A stretch of 64,000 bases of DNA from Bryobacteraceae bacterium (GCA_035508055.1 DATJNO010000096.1:2609-66608); one strand, 5' to 3'. Positions 43,062 to 53,108 are shown, counted from the first letter of the stretch. Notes: generated by a model from the sequence alone, not told the origin. Translations and numbers: made by a program.

Positions 43062-44396
43062 ATGCGCTTCGCTCCGCTCCTGCTCGCCGCCGCGCTGCTG
43101 CATGCCGAGGCCCCACAGCTGCCGGAGCCGTATCAATCCATCGCCGGACTGGCCTACGCCGCGCCGCCCGAGTTCGCCGCGGACGCCTTGCTGCGCATGG
43201 TGGAATTCGGCGGCCTGCCCGATAAGGGTCCGAAGCGCGACCTGATCGAGCAGGCCTTCCGGCTGGCGGCTGCGGCGAAATTCCCCGTCCGCATGACGGG
43301 CCTTCCCGGCACCACCGCCGACACACGCTCCGGCTCGCTCAGCCAGGCGTACGCATTCGGGTTCGACGCGCTGTCGCTCCAAAGCCGCGCCGTGCGCGAC
43401 ATGCTGCCTGTCGATCCCGCGAAGGCGCGCGAACTATTCGGCGACATCGCGCCGCCGATGCTGGCGCCGCTGACCTGCGACGACGCGCTGGTTTACGATG
43501 TTGCGGATTACTATCGGGCGCTGGAAGGCGTCGTCAACCTGGCGTTTACCCCCAAGGAGCGCGCCAAACAGGAAGACGTGAGTTTTCTGCTGGACTATCT
43601 GGGCCAGGCCGCATCGCCGGCGCAAATTGTCGCGCTGGTGCCGGTCGTGCAGAGCGCGAGCGTCACGCCGCCGCAGCGCGAAGTCCTGTGGGCCAAGCTG
43701 AACGGCCTGCTGGAAAACCTGCAGCCGGACGAACGTTCTTTCTCGGCGTCCCTTCCGGCTTTGGACGCCCTGAACGTGCCCGAAATGAAATCGGCATTGG
43801 CCGCTTACCAGCAACGCGGCCATGTCTGCGAGCACGATGCCGGCGCCACGCCCTCCTCGGGCAAGAAGCCCGGCCAGCAGGACCCGGATGCGACCCCGAA
43901 GGTAGAGCCCTACTGGCAGTCGACGGCGGCGCAGCAATTGTTCCAGGACGGGCAAAAACTCCGCTTCACGCCCCGGAAGGGCCTGCGCAACGAAGCTGAC
44001 CGCTCATCGCCCGAATTCCAGCAGCAACTCGACGATTATCTCGGCCAGGTCAACGGGTGGACGCCGGGCCTGGAGAAGTCGGAGGCCGACTTCTATCACG
44101 AGAAGTGCGACGTCTATCAGTCGCTGGTCGAACTGGTGCCCGCCGGCCCTCAGCAAGAGCAGCTTCTGGACGACTACGTGTCGTTCCTGAGCAATTCCAA
44201 TCTCTATCTGCAGAGCCCGGTGGAATGGTTCGTGGGGCCACAGGCCTTGATGGAACGCGTACAAGGCGACGGCCAGGAGCTTCGGGAGGTATTCGACGCT
44301 TTTCTGGCCTCCGGCAATCCGGTGCTGGCGCTGGAAGCCAAGCTGCGTCAAGTGATTCGCACGAGTACGCTGCAGTGGTTTACGAGCCAGCGATAG
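43062..44396 (+). CDS. hypothetical secreted protein (444 aa)
   Basis: Signal peptide MRFAPLLLAAALLHA. I recognise no family. It starts 1 nt after the tpiA stop. Confidence 0.6.
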   Translation: MRFAPLLLAAALLHAEAPQLPEPYQSIAGLAYAAPPEFAADALLRMVEFGGLPDKGPKRDLIEQAFRLAAAAKFPVRMTGLPGTTADTRSGSLSQAYAFGFDALSLQSRAVRDMLPVDPAKARELFGDIAPPMLAPLTCDDALVYDVADYYRALEGVVNLAFTPKERAKQEDVSFLLDYLGQAASPAQIVALVPVVQSASVTPPQREVLWAKLNGLLENLQPDERSFSASLPALDALNVPEMKSALAAYQQRGHVCEHDAGATPSSGKKPGQQDPDATPKVEPYWQSTAAQQLFQDGQKLRFTPRKGLRNEADRSSPEFQQQLDDYLGQVNGWTPGLEKSEADFYHEKCDVYQSLVELVPAGPQQEQLLDDYVSFLSNSNLYLQSPVEWFVGPQALMERVQGDGQELREVFDAFLASGNPVLALEAKLRQVIRTSTLQWFTSQR

Positions 44397-44449
44397 AGAC
44401 ACGGGAGCGTCGGGGATTCGCCTTATGCCGGACACCGGTGAATCCGCCG

Positions 44450-44917
44450 ATGTCACGAGGGAAGCGTCTCATGGACTCCAATCCACCCCGGAAGGCCGGC
44501 CACGCATTCGAACTGTTTCTCTACACGGCCATCATCCTGGAAACGGGCTTGGCGGCTTTCTTCTATAAGCTGGCCTTTCAAGACCGCGGGCTGGGTTCGC
44601 TGAAGATCTATTTTGCCGTCGGATACTTCGCGTTCCTGGGATGGGCCATCGCGCAGCTAAACCGGTTGCACCGCAAGCGGCAGCTGCTTGAGACCGAAGC
44701 ATTGGAAACCGAACCGGCCCCGGAGCAGGAAGTGGAACCTGAACGGGCCCGGCAGTTTCAACCCGCGGCATTTCAGCCTGCACCGGCGCCGCGCCGCGAA
44801 CCAGTGCGTTCGGTGCTGGGGCTGACCCTCGCGCAACTGGCCATCGTGGCGATCGTCTTCGGGACGGCCGTCGCCACGTTTAGCTGGGCATTTACAATCC
44901 TGGAATCCGGAAGGTGA
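44450..44917 (+). CDS. hypothetical membrane protein
   Basis: Internal Met of ORF 44057..44917 with three predicted TM helices. An alternative start at 44471 (MDSNPP) is preceded by GAGGGAAG. Confidence 0.5.
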   Translation: MSRGKRLMDSNPPRKAGHAFELFLYTAIILETGLAAFFYKLAFQDRGLGSLKIYFAVGYFAFLGWAIAQLNRLHRKRQLLETEALETEPAPEQEVEPERARQFQPAAFQPAPAPRREPVRSVLGLTLAQLAIVAIVFGTAVATFSWAFTILESGR

Positions 44918-44924
44918 GGGCGGC

Positions 44925-45173
44925 CTAGGCAGCGGCGGGTGCGGGGTTGTTCTTCAGCAGGCGGCTGACGGTGTCCGACGGCTGTGCGCCGTTCTTCATC
45001 CAATACTGAATGCGTTCGTGATTGAGATCCACCACGGGCGGCTGGCTCACCGGGTTGTAGAAACCCACTACTTCCACGGAACTGCTGTTGCGCGCACGTT
45101 CTTTGTCAATCACCACGACGCGATAACTCGGTTTTTTCTTGGCGCCGAATCGCGCCAGTCGAATCATTAACAT
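44925..45173 (-). CDS. rpsP: 30S ribosomal protein S16
   Basis: MLMIRLARFGAKKKPSYRVVVID.. Confidence 0.95.
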   Translation of the reverse strand: MLMIRLARFGAKKKPSYRVVVIDKERARNSSSVEVVGFYNPVSQPPVVDLNHERIQYWMKNGAQPSDTVSRLLKNNPAPAAA

Positions 45174-45181
45174 TCTCTCTC

Positions 45182-46531
45182 CTACTGTATCATTGGCAAC
45201 TTGAGTTTGCCCAGGCGCTTGCCCAGGAAGCCCCCGCCGCCGGTAATGCTTTTCATCATTTTGCGCGCTTGCGCGTACTGCTTGAGCAGCGCGTTGACAT
45301 CCTGCACAGTGGTGCCGCTGCCTTTGGCGATGCGCCGCCGGCGCGCCCCGTTGATGATCATGTGATTGGCGCGCTCCCTGGCGGTCATCGAATCGATGAT
45401 GGCCACCACGCGCGTAATCTCGTTCTCATCCACCTTGACGTCCTTCAGGTTCTTCATCGGGCCGATTTGCGGCATCATGCCCAGCAGCGATTCCAGCGGC
45501 CCCAGCTTGCGGATTTGCCGCATCTGATCGCGAAAATCCCCCAGCGTAAACTCATTGTCGATGAGCTTGCGCTGCATCTCCTCGGCGTCTTTCTGATCGA
45601 TATTCTCCTGGACTTTGTCGATCAGCGAAAGCACGTCGCCCATGCCCAGGATGCGCTGCGCCACGCGGTCGGGATGAAACGGCTCGAGCGCGTCGAACTT
45701 TTCGCCCACGCCGACGAACTTCAGCGACTGGCCGGTGATGCTGCGAATCGACAGCGCCGCGCCGCCGCGTGCGTCACCATCCATTTTGGTCAGAATGATT
45801 CCGGTGATCCCGAGACGCTTGTGGAACTCGTCGGCGGACTTGACCGCGTCCTGGCCGGTCATCGCATCGGCCACAAACAGAATTTCCGATGGCGCCAGGC
45901 CGTCTTTCAGTTCCTGCAGCTCCAGCATGAGCTGGTCGTCGATATGCAGGCGTCCGGCGGTGTCTACCAGCAGCACGTCGCGGCCGGTCTGCCGGGCCTC
46001 GCGCAGAGCGGAATGGGCCAATTCCTGGGGCTTGGTCTCCTCGGGCGTGCCCTCGTAAATCGGCAGCTTGATGTCGCGCGCGATCACGGCCAGTTGCTTT
46101 CGCGCGGCCGGGCGGTAGACGTCTACGGAGACCATCAGCGGGCTGTGGCCGTTTTTCGAAAGCCAGCGCGACAATTTGCCCGTCGTGGTCGTCTTGCCGG
46201 AACCCTGCAGACCCACGATCAGGATGGTCGTCGGCGGCTCGTTGGCCATCCGCAGCTTGGATTGATGGCTGCCCAGCGTCTTGATCAGCTCATCGCGGAC
46301 GATCTTGACCACTTGTTGTGCGGGCGACAGGGCTGTGAGCACATCCTCGCCCATGGCCTTGCCCTTGACGGCCTCGATGAACTGCTTGACGACGCGGAAA
46401 TGGACGTCGGCCTCCAGCAGCGCCACGCGGATCTCCCGCAGCGCGGCTTCCATGTTTTCGGCCGTCAATTTTCCTTCGCCGCGCAGATTTTTGAAGACCC
46501 GCTGCAGCTTGTCGGATAAGTTATCGAACAT
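45182..46531 (-). CDS. ffh: signal recognition particle protein Ffh
   Basis: MFDNLSDKLQRVFKNLRG.., GLQGSGKTTT, DTAGRL and an M-domain. Confidence 0.95.
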   Translation of the reverse strand: MFDNLSDKLQRVFKNLRGEGKLTAENMEAALREIRVALLEADVHFRVVKQFIEAVKGKAMGEDVLTALSPAQQVVKIVRDELIKTLGSHQSKLRMANEPPTTILIVGLQGSGKTTTTGKLSRWLSKNGHSPLMVSVDVYRPAARKQLAVIARDIKLPIYEGTPEETKPQELAHSALREARQTGRDVLLVDTAGRLHIDDQLMLELQELKDGLAPSEILFVADAMTGQDAVKSADEFHKRLGITGIILTKMDGDARGGAALSIRSITGQSLKFVGVGEKFDALEPFHPDRVAQRILGMGDVLSLIDKVQENIDQKDAEEMQRKLIDNEFTLGDFRDQMRQIRKLGPLESLLGMMPQIGPMKNLKDVKVDENEITRVVAIIDSMTARERANHMIINGARRRRIAKGSGTTVQDVNALLKQYAQARKMMKSITGGGGFLGKRLGKLKLPMIQ

Positions 46532-46591
46532 GATTTACTTCGGAAACACGCCGGATCGAGGGCTCTTTCAATTATACGCCATGGGCCCGCG

Positions 46592-48121
46592 CTACGGCGT
46601 GGGCAGCGCCTTCTGGTAGAAGTCCGCCATGGCCTTGTGCAAGCTGTCCAGGCAAGCGGGCTTGGTGTAGAGCATGTGGCCCGCATCGCAGTAAGTCAGG
46701 CTCAAGTGATCACTCAGGGCCGGGGCCAAGCCCAGGTGACTGGCCGTGTATTCGGTGGCGAAGAATGGCGTCGCCAGATCATAGTAACCCGCGGCGATCA
46801 TCACTTTCAGGCTCGGATTCTGTGTCATTGCCTGGCGCAGCATTTCGGCCACGTCGACGTACCGGTTTTGGAATTTGTCGAAGCTCCACGGCTCGACCTT
46901 GTCGGTGAGCACCTCGTAAGGCTCGTCGGTAAAGTACTTGAGTTCCGTGCGCACGTAGTTGTTGAACATGGCGGTGTAGACGCCCTGCACGGAAGCGTAG
47001 CTGGCGTCGTAGTCCGGGCGCGCGCCGGCGGCGTCTTCGTCAACGCCCGTCAGCCGGCTGTCGTAGCGGCCCAGCGTCAAGCGCTCCTTGCGCAGCAGTT
47101 CCTTGCGAAAGCGGCCGGGAGCCACGCGCAGATTGGATTCGTCGATGAACTCCTCGGAGAGTCCGGTGAGCCGCGCGAGCTGCTTGATGACGCTCGCCCG
47201 TTCGGACGCCGTGATCTTATCGCCCTTCATCAGCGCAGAAGCGTATTCGCCGCCCGCGAAACGCCGCGATTCGCCGATCGCCTTTTCGAAGCTGTCCTGC
47301 AGGTCCCTGGGAAGCTTCTTGTGATACCAGGCCGCCGCCGTGTAGGTGGGGAGATACAGCGCGTAAGGCAGCTCATTGCCTGGTGCAAACGAGATGGTCT
47401 CGAAGTTGAGCACCGACGAAATCAGCGTGATGCCGTTCAGGTACAGGCCGTCGTTGTCGAGCAAGTATTCCGACAGCGCGGAGGCGCGCGTGGTTCCGTA
47501 GCTTTCGCCGGCCAGAAACTTCGGCGAGGCCCAGCGCTCCGCGCGCACCGAATAGAGGCGGATAAACTCGGCCACCGACGCCAAATCGCCATCGAAGCCG
47601 TGAAACTGGGCCGCTTTTTCGCCCGGAGCCGGGCGGCTGTAGCCGGTAGTCACCGGATCGATGAACACCAGGTCCGTGAATTCGAGCGCGGTGTCCGGGT
47701 TGTCCACCAGACGATACGGCGGTTTGGGCTGCTCGCCGTCCGGCCCCATCGCAACGCGCTTCGGCCCCAGCGCGCCCAGGTGCAGCCAGACGGACGAAGA
47801 TCCCGGGCCTCCGTTGAACGCGAACGTGATGGGCCGCTTGGAAACGTCCGGGACATCGTCGCGCGTGTAGGCGACATAGAAAATGCTGGCCCACTGCTTG
47901 TCGTCCTTCTTCAGAATCAGCGTGCCCGTGGTCGCGGTGTAAGGAATCGTTTTGCCGTTGAGCTGAATGGAGTGCTGGGTTTTGACCGTAGTTTCCTTCA
48001 GTGGCGGCGCGGGTTTGGAGCCGGATTCCGCTCCTTCAGAAGAAGCCGGCTTGGGATGTTCCTGGCCGCTCAAAACGGGCGCGAGGAAGCACGTTGTGGC
48101 AAGGAGGATCGCGATTCGCAT
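46592..48121 (-). CDS. secreted serine carboxypeptidase (peptidase S10 family)
   Basis: Signal peptide, FNGGPGSSSVWLHLGALGP and GESYGTT. Confidence 0.75.
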   Translation of the reverse strand: MRIAILLATTCFLAPVLSGQEHPKPASSEGAESGSKPAPPLKETTVKTQHSIQLNGKTIPYTATTGTLILKKDDKQWASIFYVAYTRDDVPDVSKRPITFAFNGGPGSSSVWLHLGALGPKRVAMGPDGEQPKPPYRLVDNPDTALEFTDLVFIDPVTTGYSRPAPGEKAAQFHGFDGDLASVAEFIRLYSVRAERWASPKFLAGESYGTTRASALSEYLLDNDGLYLNGITLISSVLNFETISFAPGNELPYALYLPTYTAAAWYHKKLPRDLQDSFEKAIGESRRFAGGEYASALMKGDKITASERASVIKQLARLTGLSEEFIDESNLRVAPGRFRKELLRKERLTLGRYDSRLTGVDEDAAGARPDYDASYASVQGVYTAMFNNYVRTELKYFTDEPYEVLTDKVEPWSFDKFQNRYVDVAEMLRQAMTQNPSLKVMIAAGYYDLATPFFATEYTASHLGLAPALSDHLSLTYCDAGHMLYTKPACLDSLHKAMADFYQKALPTP

Positions 48122-48207
48122 GAGACCCCTTCGATGCCCATCATAGCTTGGTTATCGGGGCCTGGTTATCGGGCTGCCCGTGCTACACTCAGCGTCAAAG
48201 CCCTCCG

Positions 48208-49224
48208 ATGCTGTTGGCTTACTTACACAGGGTGGCTGCCCGAGAGAATCTGTCGGCCGAAGAGGCGCGCCAGGCGATGCTCGCCGTGCTGAGTGGCGAA
48301 GCGACGACGCCTCAGATCGCCGCGTTCCTGGCCGCTCTGCGGACCAAGGGCGAGACCGCGGATGAGCTGCTGGGATTCGCGCGCGCCATGCGCGAAAAGG
48401 TGGCGCACATCGATGTGCCCGTGGATTCCGAGCCGCTGCTCGATACTTGCGGCACCGGCGGCGACGGCGGCTCGACGTTCAACATCTCAACCCTCGCGGC
48501 GTTCGTGGTGGCGGGCGCGGGCGTGCGCGTGGCCAAGCACGGCAACCGGTCCATTTCGAGCCAATGCGGCAGCGCCGACATTCTGGAGGAGCTGGGCGTC
48601 CACGTCTCCGTCACTCCCGAAGAAACTGCGCGAGCGATTCGCGAAATTGGCATCGGCTTCCTTTTCGCGCCGCTGCTGCATCCGGCTATGAAACACGCCC
48701 AGCCCGCGCGGCTGGAGCTGAAGATGCGCACGGTGTTTAATTTGCTCGGGCCGCTGACCAATCCCGCCGGGGCTACACACCAGCTGATCGGCGCACCGTC
48801 GCTGCACGCCGCGGAGTTGATGGCCCATGCACTGGCTGGGCTGGGGCCGGAGCGCGCGTTCGTGGTCCACGGCTGCGATGGCCTGGACGAGGTAACCACC
48901 ACCGGCGAGACTGTAGTTTTCGAAGTCATGCGGAACGCCGTTTCGAAGTTCCGCTGGACGCCGGCGGACTTTTGCGTGCCCCAGGCGCGTGGCGCCGATC
49001 TGGCCGGCGGCGATCGCGCCCGCAACCGCGAGATCGCCATCGCGGTGCTTCAAGGCCAGACCGGCACGCAGCGCGACATCGTGCTGGTGAATGCCGCCGC
49101 CGCTCTGCTCGCCGCGGGTATCGCGGAGAGTCCTCGCGAAGCGATGCAGCACGCCGGGAAGTCCATCGATTCCGGCGCGGCCTGGGCCAAGCTACAGCAG
49201 TTAGCCGAATTTACCCGCGGCTGA
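48208..49224 (+). CDS. trpD: anthranilate phosphoribosyltransferase
   Basis: Internal ATG of ORF 48148..49224. Motifs LLDTCGTGGDGGSTFNIST, VAKHGNRSISSQCGSAD and GPLTNPA. Confidence 0.92.
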   Translation: MLLAYLHRVAARENLSAEEARQAMLAVLSGEATTPQIAAFLAALRTKGETADELLGFARAMREKVAHIDVPVDSEPLLDTCGTGGDGGSTFNISTLAAFVVAGAGVRVAKHGNRSISSQCGSADILEELGVHVSVTPEETARAIREIGIGFLFAPLLHPAMKHAQPARLELKMRTVFNLLGPLTNPAGATHQLIGAPSLHAAELMAHALAGLGPERAFVVHGCDGLDEVTTTGETVVFEVMRNAVSKFRWTPADFCVPQARGADLAGGDRARNREIAIAVLQGQTGTQRDIVLVNAAAALLAAGIAESPREAMQHAGKSIDSGAAWAKLQQLAEFTRG

Positions 49225-49861
49225 GTACGTACTCGGCCAGCTGCAGCATGTTGTCTACGAGAATGTCCGGCGGATAGTCCCGGAACGTCTCCGGCTGCAG
49301 CCCATAGGTCACGCCGCAAGCTGTCACACGGGCATTGCGCGCGGTCTGCACATCCACGCCGCTGTCGCCCACCATGATGGTCCGATCGCGCGCCGCGCCG
49401 CTTTCGCCCAGCAGGGTTTCAATGCCCACCGGATCCGGCTTCTTGCGCTCGAAGCTGTTCCCGCCGTAAACCTGAAAGAAATGCTCCTGCAAGCCGAGTC
49501 CCTCTACCAGAGAACGGCTGAACCGCACCGGCTTGTTGGTCAGCACCGCCATCCGGACTCCCGCGCCGCGCAGGTGGTCCAGAGCTTCGCGCACACCGGG
49601 ATACGGTCGCGTGTTGTCCAGCATGTGCTCGCGGTAATAGCTCAAGAAATATTGGACTGCGCGCTCGACGTCGGCTTCGCTCGCTTCCGGCCCCAGAGCG
49701 CGCCGCACCAGGACCGGCACTCCGTTGCCCACATAGGAAGACACTACTTCTTCGGAAATCGATTCCAGGTTCATCAAGGCCCGAGTGGCGTTGACCGAAT
49801 GCACCAGATCCAGCTTGGAGTCAATCAGCGTTCCATCCAGATCGAAAATCAGCAAATTCAT
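49211..49861 (-). CDS. gph: HAD-superfamily phosphatase (phosphoglycolate phosphatase-like)
   Basis: Internal Met: MNLLIFDLDGTLIDS.. and ..MVGDSGVDVQTARNA. The start overlaps the cvpA stop (ATGA). Confidence 0.7.
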   Translation of the reverse strand: MNLLIFDLDGTLIDSKLDLVHSVNATRALMNLESISEEVVSSYVGNGVPVLVRRALGPEASEADVERAVQYFLSYYREHMLDNTRPYPGVREALDHLRGAGVRMAVLTNKPVRFSRSLVEGLGLQEHFFQVYGGNSFERKKPDPVGIETLLGESGAARDRTIMVGDSGVDVQTARNARVTACGVTYGLQPETFRDYPPDILVDNMLQLAEYVLSRG

Positions 49862-50418
49862 TCCTGGCGCGGGCTCCCCAACTTCTTGGCCTCCTGCTCG
49901 GACCACATTTTCTTCACCCGGTCGCGCGTGTTATGAAACGCGTCCTGGACTTCGTGCGGCGTCATGGCGGCCATCACGCCGGAAACGTCGATTACATAGG
50001 GCATCAGCCTGGAATTCACCACGGAGCGCGGCGGCGGCGACGGCGCGAAGGCCAGCAGCACCGTCACCAGCGCGGCGGCGATGATCGTGCCGCGCACTAA
50101 CCCGAAGGCCCCGCCCAGCAGCCGGTCAAACCACGACAAGCCGATCCACTTCAGGAATTTGGCCAGCAGGCTGCCGATAATCGCGCCCAACAGCAGCAGG
50201 ACCACGAAGATCAGAAAGAACCCAATCAGGTTCGCGAGCGCTTTCGAGCTGACGTAGTCGAGAAAATAAGCGCCCACGATCCCGTAGGACCAGAAGCCGG
50301 CGAAGATGCCCACCAGCGCCGCGATGAAGCCTACGCCCACACGCGCGAAACCCGCCGCGAATCCGGTCATCACGGATGCGGCCACCACCAGCAATAGCAG
50401 GATGTCTACCCAGTTCAC
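49858..50418 (-). CDS. cvpA: CvpA family membrane protein
   Basis: MNWVDILLLLVVAASVMTGFAAGFARVG.., polytopic. Confidence 0.75.
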   Translation of the reverse strand: MNWVDILLLLVVAASVMTGFAAGFARVGVGFIAALVGIFAGFWSYGIVGAYFLDYVSSKALANLIGFFLIFVVLLLLGAIIGSLLAKFLKWIGLSWFDRLLGGAFGLVRGTIIAAALVTVLLAFAPSPPPRSVVNSRLMPYVIDVSGVMAAMTPHEVQDAFHNTRDRVKKMWSEQEAKKLGSPRQE

Positions 50419-51299
50419 AACGTCTTTCCTGTCAGGATACGATACGCCTCACGGTATTTGTCGCTAGTGCGTTCGATCACCTCTGGAGGAAGGACGGGCG
50501 CGGGCGGCTGCTTGTTCCAATGAATCGATTCCAGGTAATCCCTGACATACTGCTTGTCAAAGGACGGCTGCGGTCCGCCGGGCTGATAGCTGGCTTGCGG
50601 CCAGAAGCGCGACGAATCGGGCGTGAGCACTTCATCGGCCAGGATGAGCTGGTCCTTCAGAAACCCGAACTCGAATTTCGTGTCGGCGATGATGATCCCG
50701 CGCGTTTCGGCGTACTGCGCCGCCCTTTGGTAGATCGCGAGCGTGAGCGTGCGAATGCGGTCCGCAAGCGGCTCGCCGATCCGCTGCGCTACCCTGTCGA
50801 ACGAAATATTTTCATCGTGGCCAGACGTCGCTTTGGAGGCCGGCGTGAAGATCGGATCGGGCAGCCGGTCGCTCTCGCGCAGCCCCGTGGGCAAGGCAAT
50901 CCCGCAAATCTTGCCGTCGCGCTTGTAATCCTTCCAGCCGGAGCCGGAGACGTAGCCCCGCGCCACGCACTCCACGTCGATCATGCTGGCCCGGTGCACC
51001 AGCATGGACCGCCCTTCCAGTTGATCGCGGTAGGCTTGAAACTCCGCCGGGTAGTCGCCGACGTTCGCCGACACCAGATGATTCGGCACGATGTCGCCCA
51101 GCAGGTCCAGCCAGAAAAGTGTCAGCGCCGTCAGCACGCGGCCTTTGTCGGGAATCGGCGCCGGCAGGATATAGTCAAACGCGGAAAGCCGGTCCGTGGC
51201 GACGATCACCAGGTAATCGCCGGCAGCGTAGATGTCGCGAACTTTGCCCCGGGCGCGCAGCTCGACGCCCGGCAGGTTGGTTTGAAAGATAGGGGCCAA
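50415..51299 (-). CDS. purC: phosphoribosylaminoimidazole-succinocarboxamide synthase
   Basis: ..GKVRDIY..LVIVATDRLSAFD..IIIADTKFEFG.. Confidence 0.92.
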   Translation of the reverse strand: MAPIFQTNLPGVELRARGKVRDIYAAGDYLVIVATDRLSAFDYILPAPIPDKGRVLTALTLFWLDLLGDIVPNHLVSANVGDYPAEFQAYRDQLEGRSMLVHRASMIDVECVARGYVSGSGWKDYKRDGKICGIALPTGLRESDRLPDPIFTPASKATSGHDENISFDRVAQRIGEPLADRIRTLTLAIYQRAAQYAETRGIIIADTKFEFGFLKDQLILADEVLTPDSSRFWPQASYQPGGPQPSFDKQYVRDYLESIHWNKQPPAPVLPPEVIERTSDKYREAYRILTGKTL

Positions 51300-51475
51300 T
51301 CTCTACTGGTATCACGTCGGCGCGGATTTTTCTAATCGGTATTCCGTAACCGTGACCTCCCGGCGGACGCGTAAGATTTGCCGCGTTACTCGAAGGTTTC
51401 GCACACGCCCTCAAGTGCTTAGCCGTTGGCGCTGCTCGTGCACCCGGATTCGAAGAAAGGAGTCACAACGGTTCT

Positions 51476-51739
51476 ATGAATTGGGACAGAATCGAAGGCA
51501 ACTGGAAGCAGATGAAGGGCAAGGCCCGCGAAAAGTGGGGCCGGCTTACCGATAGCGATTGGGAACAAGTGGCGGGGCGAAAGGACCAGCTGATCGGCAG
51601 AATTCAGGAACGCTACGGCATTGCCAAAGAACAGGCGGAAGAACAGGTGGACCAGTGGGCTCAAGCACAGGCCATGGAAACTCACGAACCCGCTTCTCCG
51701 AAACAGCACGCTGAAAAGCAGCACGCTGGCCGCCGCTAG
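51476..51739 (+). CDS. CsbD-family general stress protein
   Basis: MNWDRIEGNWKQMKGKAREKWGRLTDSDWE.. Confidence 0.85.
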   Translation: MNWDRIEGNWKQMKGKAREKWGRLTDSDWEQVAGRKDQLIGRIQERYGIAKEQAEEQVDQWAQAQAMETHEPASPKQHAEKQHAGRR

Positions 51740-51749
51740 CCATTTTTTT
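51725..51749 (+). terminator. putative rho-independent terminator of the csbD-like gene
   Basis: GCTGGC-CGCC-GCTAGC hairpin (6 bp including one G-U pair), followed by CA and a T7 run. It overlaps the stop codon. Confidence 0.45.
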
Positions 51750-51847
51750 GTTCACCTCCACATGCTCAGGCCGCCTCTCGGGGCGGCCTTTTCTGTCCGT
51801 ATACTGGAAGGATTGCGCCTTCTTCTCTTCACCGAGCGATCTGTGCC

Positions 51848-52780
51848 ATGCCCCGCTACGTAGTCACCGGAGGAGCGGGATTCATCGGGTCGGCATTGGT
51901 CCGGGTTCTTCTGGCGCGCGGCGGCGAAGTGCGCGTCGTCGACAATCTGCTCACCGGTTTCGAGAAGAACCTGGCCGAAGTACGGTCGCGCATTGAGTTC
52001 AATCGCGCGGACATCCGGGATTACGGGGCCACGGCGGCCGCGGTCCAGGGCGCGGATATCGTGTTTCACCTGGCCGCAATTCCCTCCGTTCCGCGCTCCA
52101 TCCGCGATCCGGTCCCCTCGCACGAAGTCAATATCGACGGCACGTTCAACGTGCTCCGCGCGTGCACCGAAGCCGAGGTAAAGCGCGTGGTCTATGCGGG
52201 CTCTTCTTCGGCGTATGGCGACACGGCGGTCTTGCCGAAGGTCGAAACCATGCCGCCGAACCCGAAGTCACCTTATGCGGTCCAGAAGCTTGCAGGCGAG
52301 TATTACGCGCGCGCCTTTCACTCCTGCTTCGGCCTGGAGACCGTCGCCCTGCGCTTCTTCAATGTCTACGGCGAGCGCCAGGATCCCTCCAGCCCGTATT
52401 CGGGCGTGTTGTCGCTGTTTATGAAAGCCCTCACAGAGCGCAAGCCGCCCGCGATTTTCGGCGACGGAAATCAAACGCGCGATTTCACCTACGTGGAAGA
52501 CGTCGCGGCGCTGTGTCTCAAAGCCGCGGCCGCGCCCGGCGTCGCCGGCAAGATATACAACGCCGGCAACGGCAATCGCTATTCGCTGAACGAGGTATGG
52601 GAGCTTTTGCAGAAGATCGAAGGCATTCGATTACCGCCCCAGTTCGGACCGCCCCGCGCAGGCGACGTGCGCGATTCTCAGGCCGACACCACCGCTGCGC
52701 GGCGTGACCTGGGGCATGAGCCGCAGTTCACACTCGAAGAAGGACTGCGGCGGACGCTCGCGTGGTTTCGGACGCAATAG
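51848..52780 (+). CDS. NAD-dependent nucleotide-sugar epimerase/dehydratase (extended SDR)
   Basis: VTGGAGFIGS.., catalytic YAVQK, and an ..NVYGERQ.. pattern like UDP-hexose 4-epimerases. Confidence 0.85.
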   Translation: MPRYVVTGGAGFIGSALVRVLLARGGEVRVVDNLLTGFEKNLAEVRSRIEFNRADIRDYGATAAAVQGADIVFHLAAIPSVPRSIRDPVPSHEVNIDGTFNVLRACTEAEVKRVVYAGSSSAYGDTAVLPKVETMPPNPKSPYAVQKLAGEYYARAFHSCFGLETVALRFFNVYGERQDPSSPYSGVLSLFMKALTERKPPAIFGDGNQTRDFTYVEDVAALCLKAAAAPGVAGKIYNAGNGNRYSLNEVWELLQKIEGIRLPPQFGPPRAGDVRDSQADTTAARRDLGHEPQFTLEEGLRRTLAWFRTQ

Positions 52781-52784
52781 AGCC

Positions 52785-53108
52785 ATGCTGGATCTCATTC
52801 GCGACACCATCCGCAAGATCCCCAAAGGCAAAGTCGCGACGTACGGCGACGTAGCCAAGGCCGCGGGTTTTCCAGGAGCGGCGCGTCAGGTCGTCTGGGC
52901 GCTGCACACGTCGCACGGGCTGCCGTGGCATCGCGTCGTAGGCGCGGGCGGCAGGATTTCGCTGCCCGGCGCGAACGGACTGGAACAGCGGCTGCGGTTG
53001 GAGACTGAGGGCGTGCGCTTCCGCGGCGCGAGAATCTGGATGGAAAAGCATCAGCACCAGTTTCCAAAGCGCGCACCGCGGCGCCGGGTGAAGAAGGCAA
53101 GCGCCTAG
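52785..53108 (+). CDS. alkyltransferase-like (ATL) protein: MGMT DNA-binding fold with Trp in place of the active-site Cys
   Basis: Internal ATG of ORF 52704..53108. ..KGKVATYGDVA.. and LPWHRVV, where genuine Ogt/Ada proteins have PCHRV. Confidence 0.75.
   Translation: MLDLIRDTIRKIPKGKVATYGDVAKAAGFPGAARQVVWALHTSHGLPWHRVVGAGGRISLPGANGLEQRLRLETEGVRFRGARIWMEKHQHQFPKRAPRRRVKKASA

Noticed and set aside
45269-48292. Plus-strand ORFs 45269..46519 (416 aa) and 46637..48292 (551 aa)
   Set aside because: They are antisense to ffh and to the S10 carboxypeptidase gene respectively, and have no recognisable domains.
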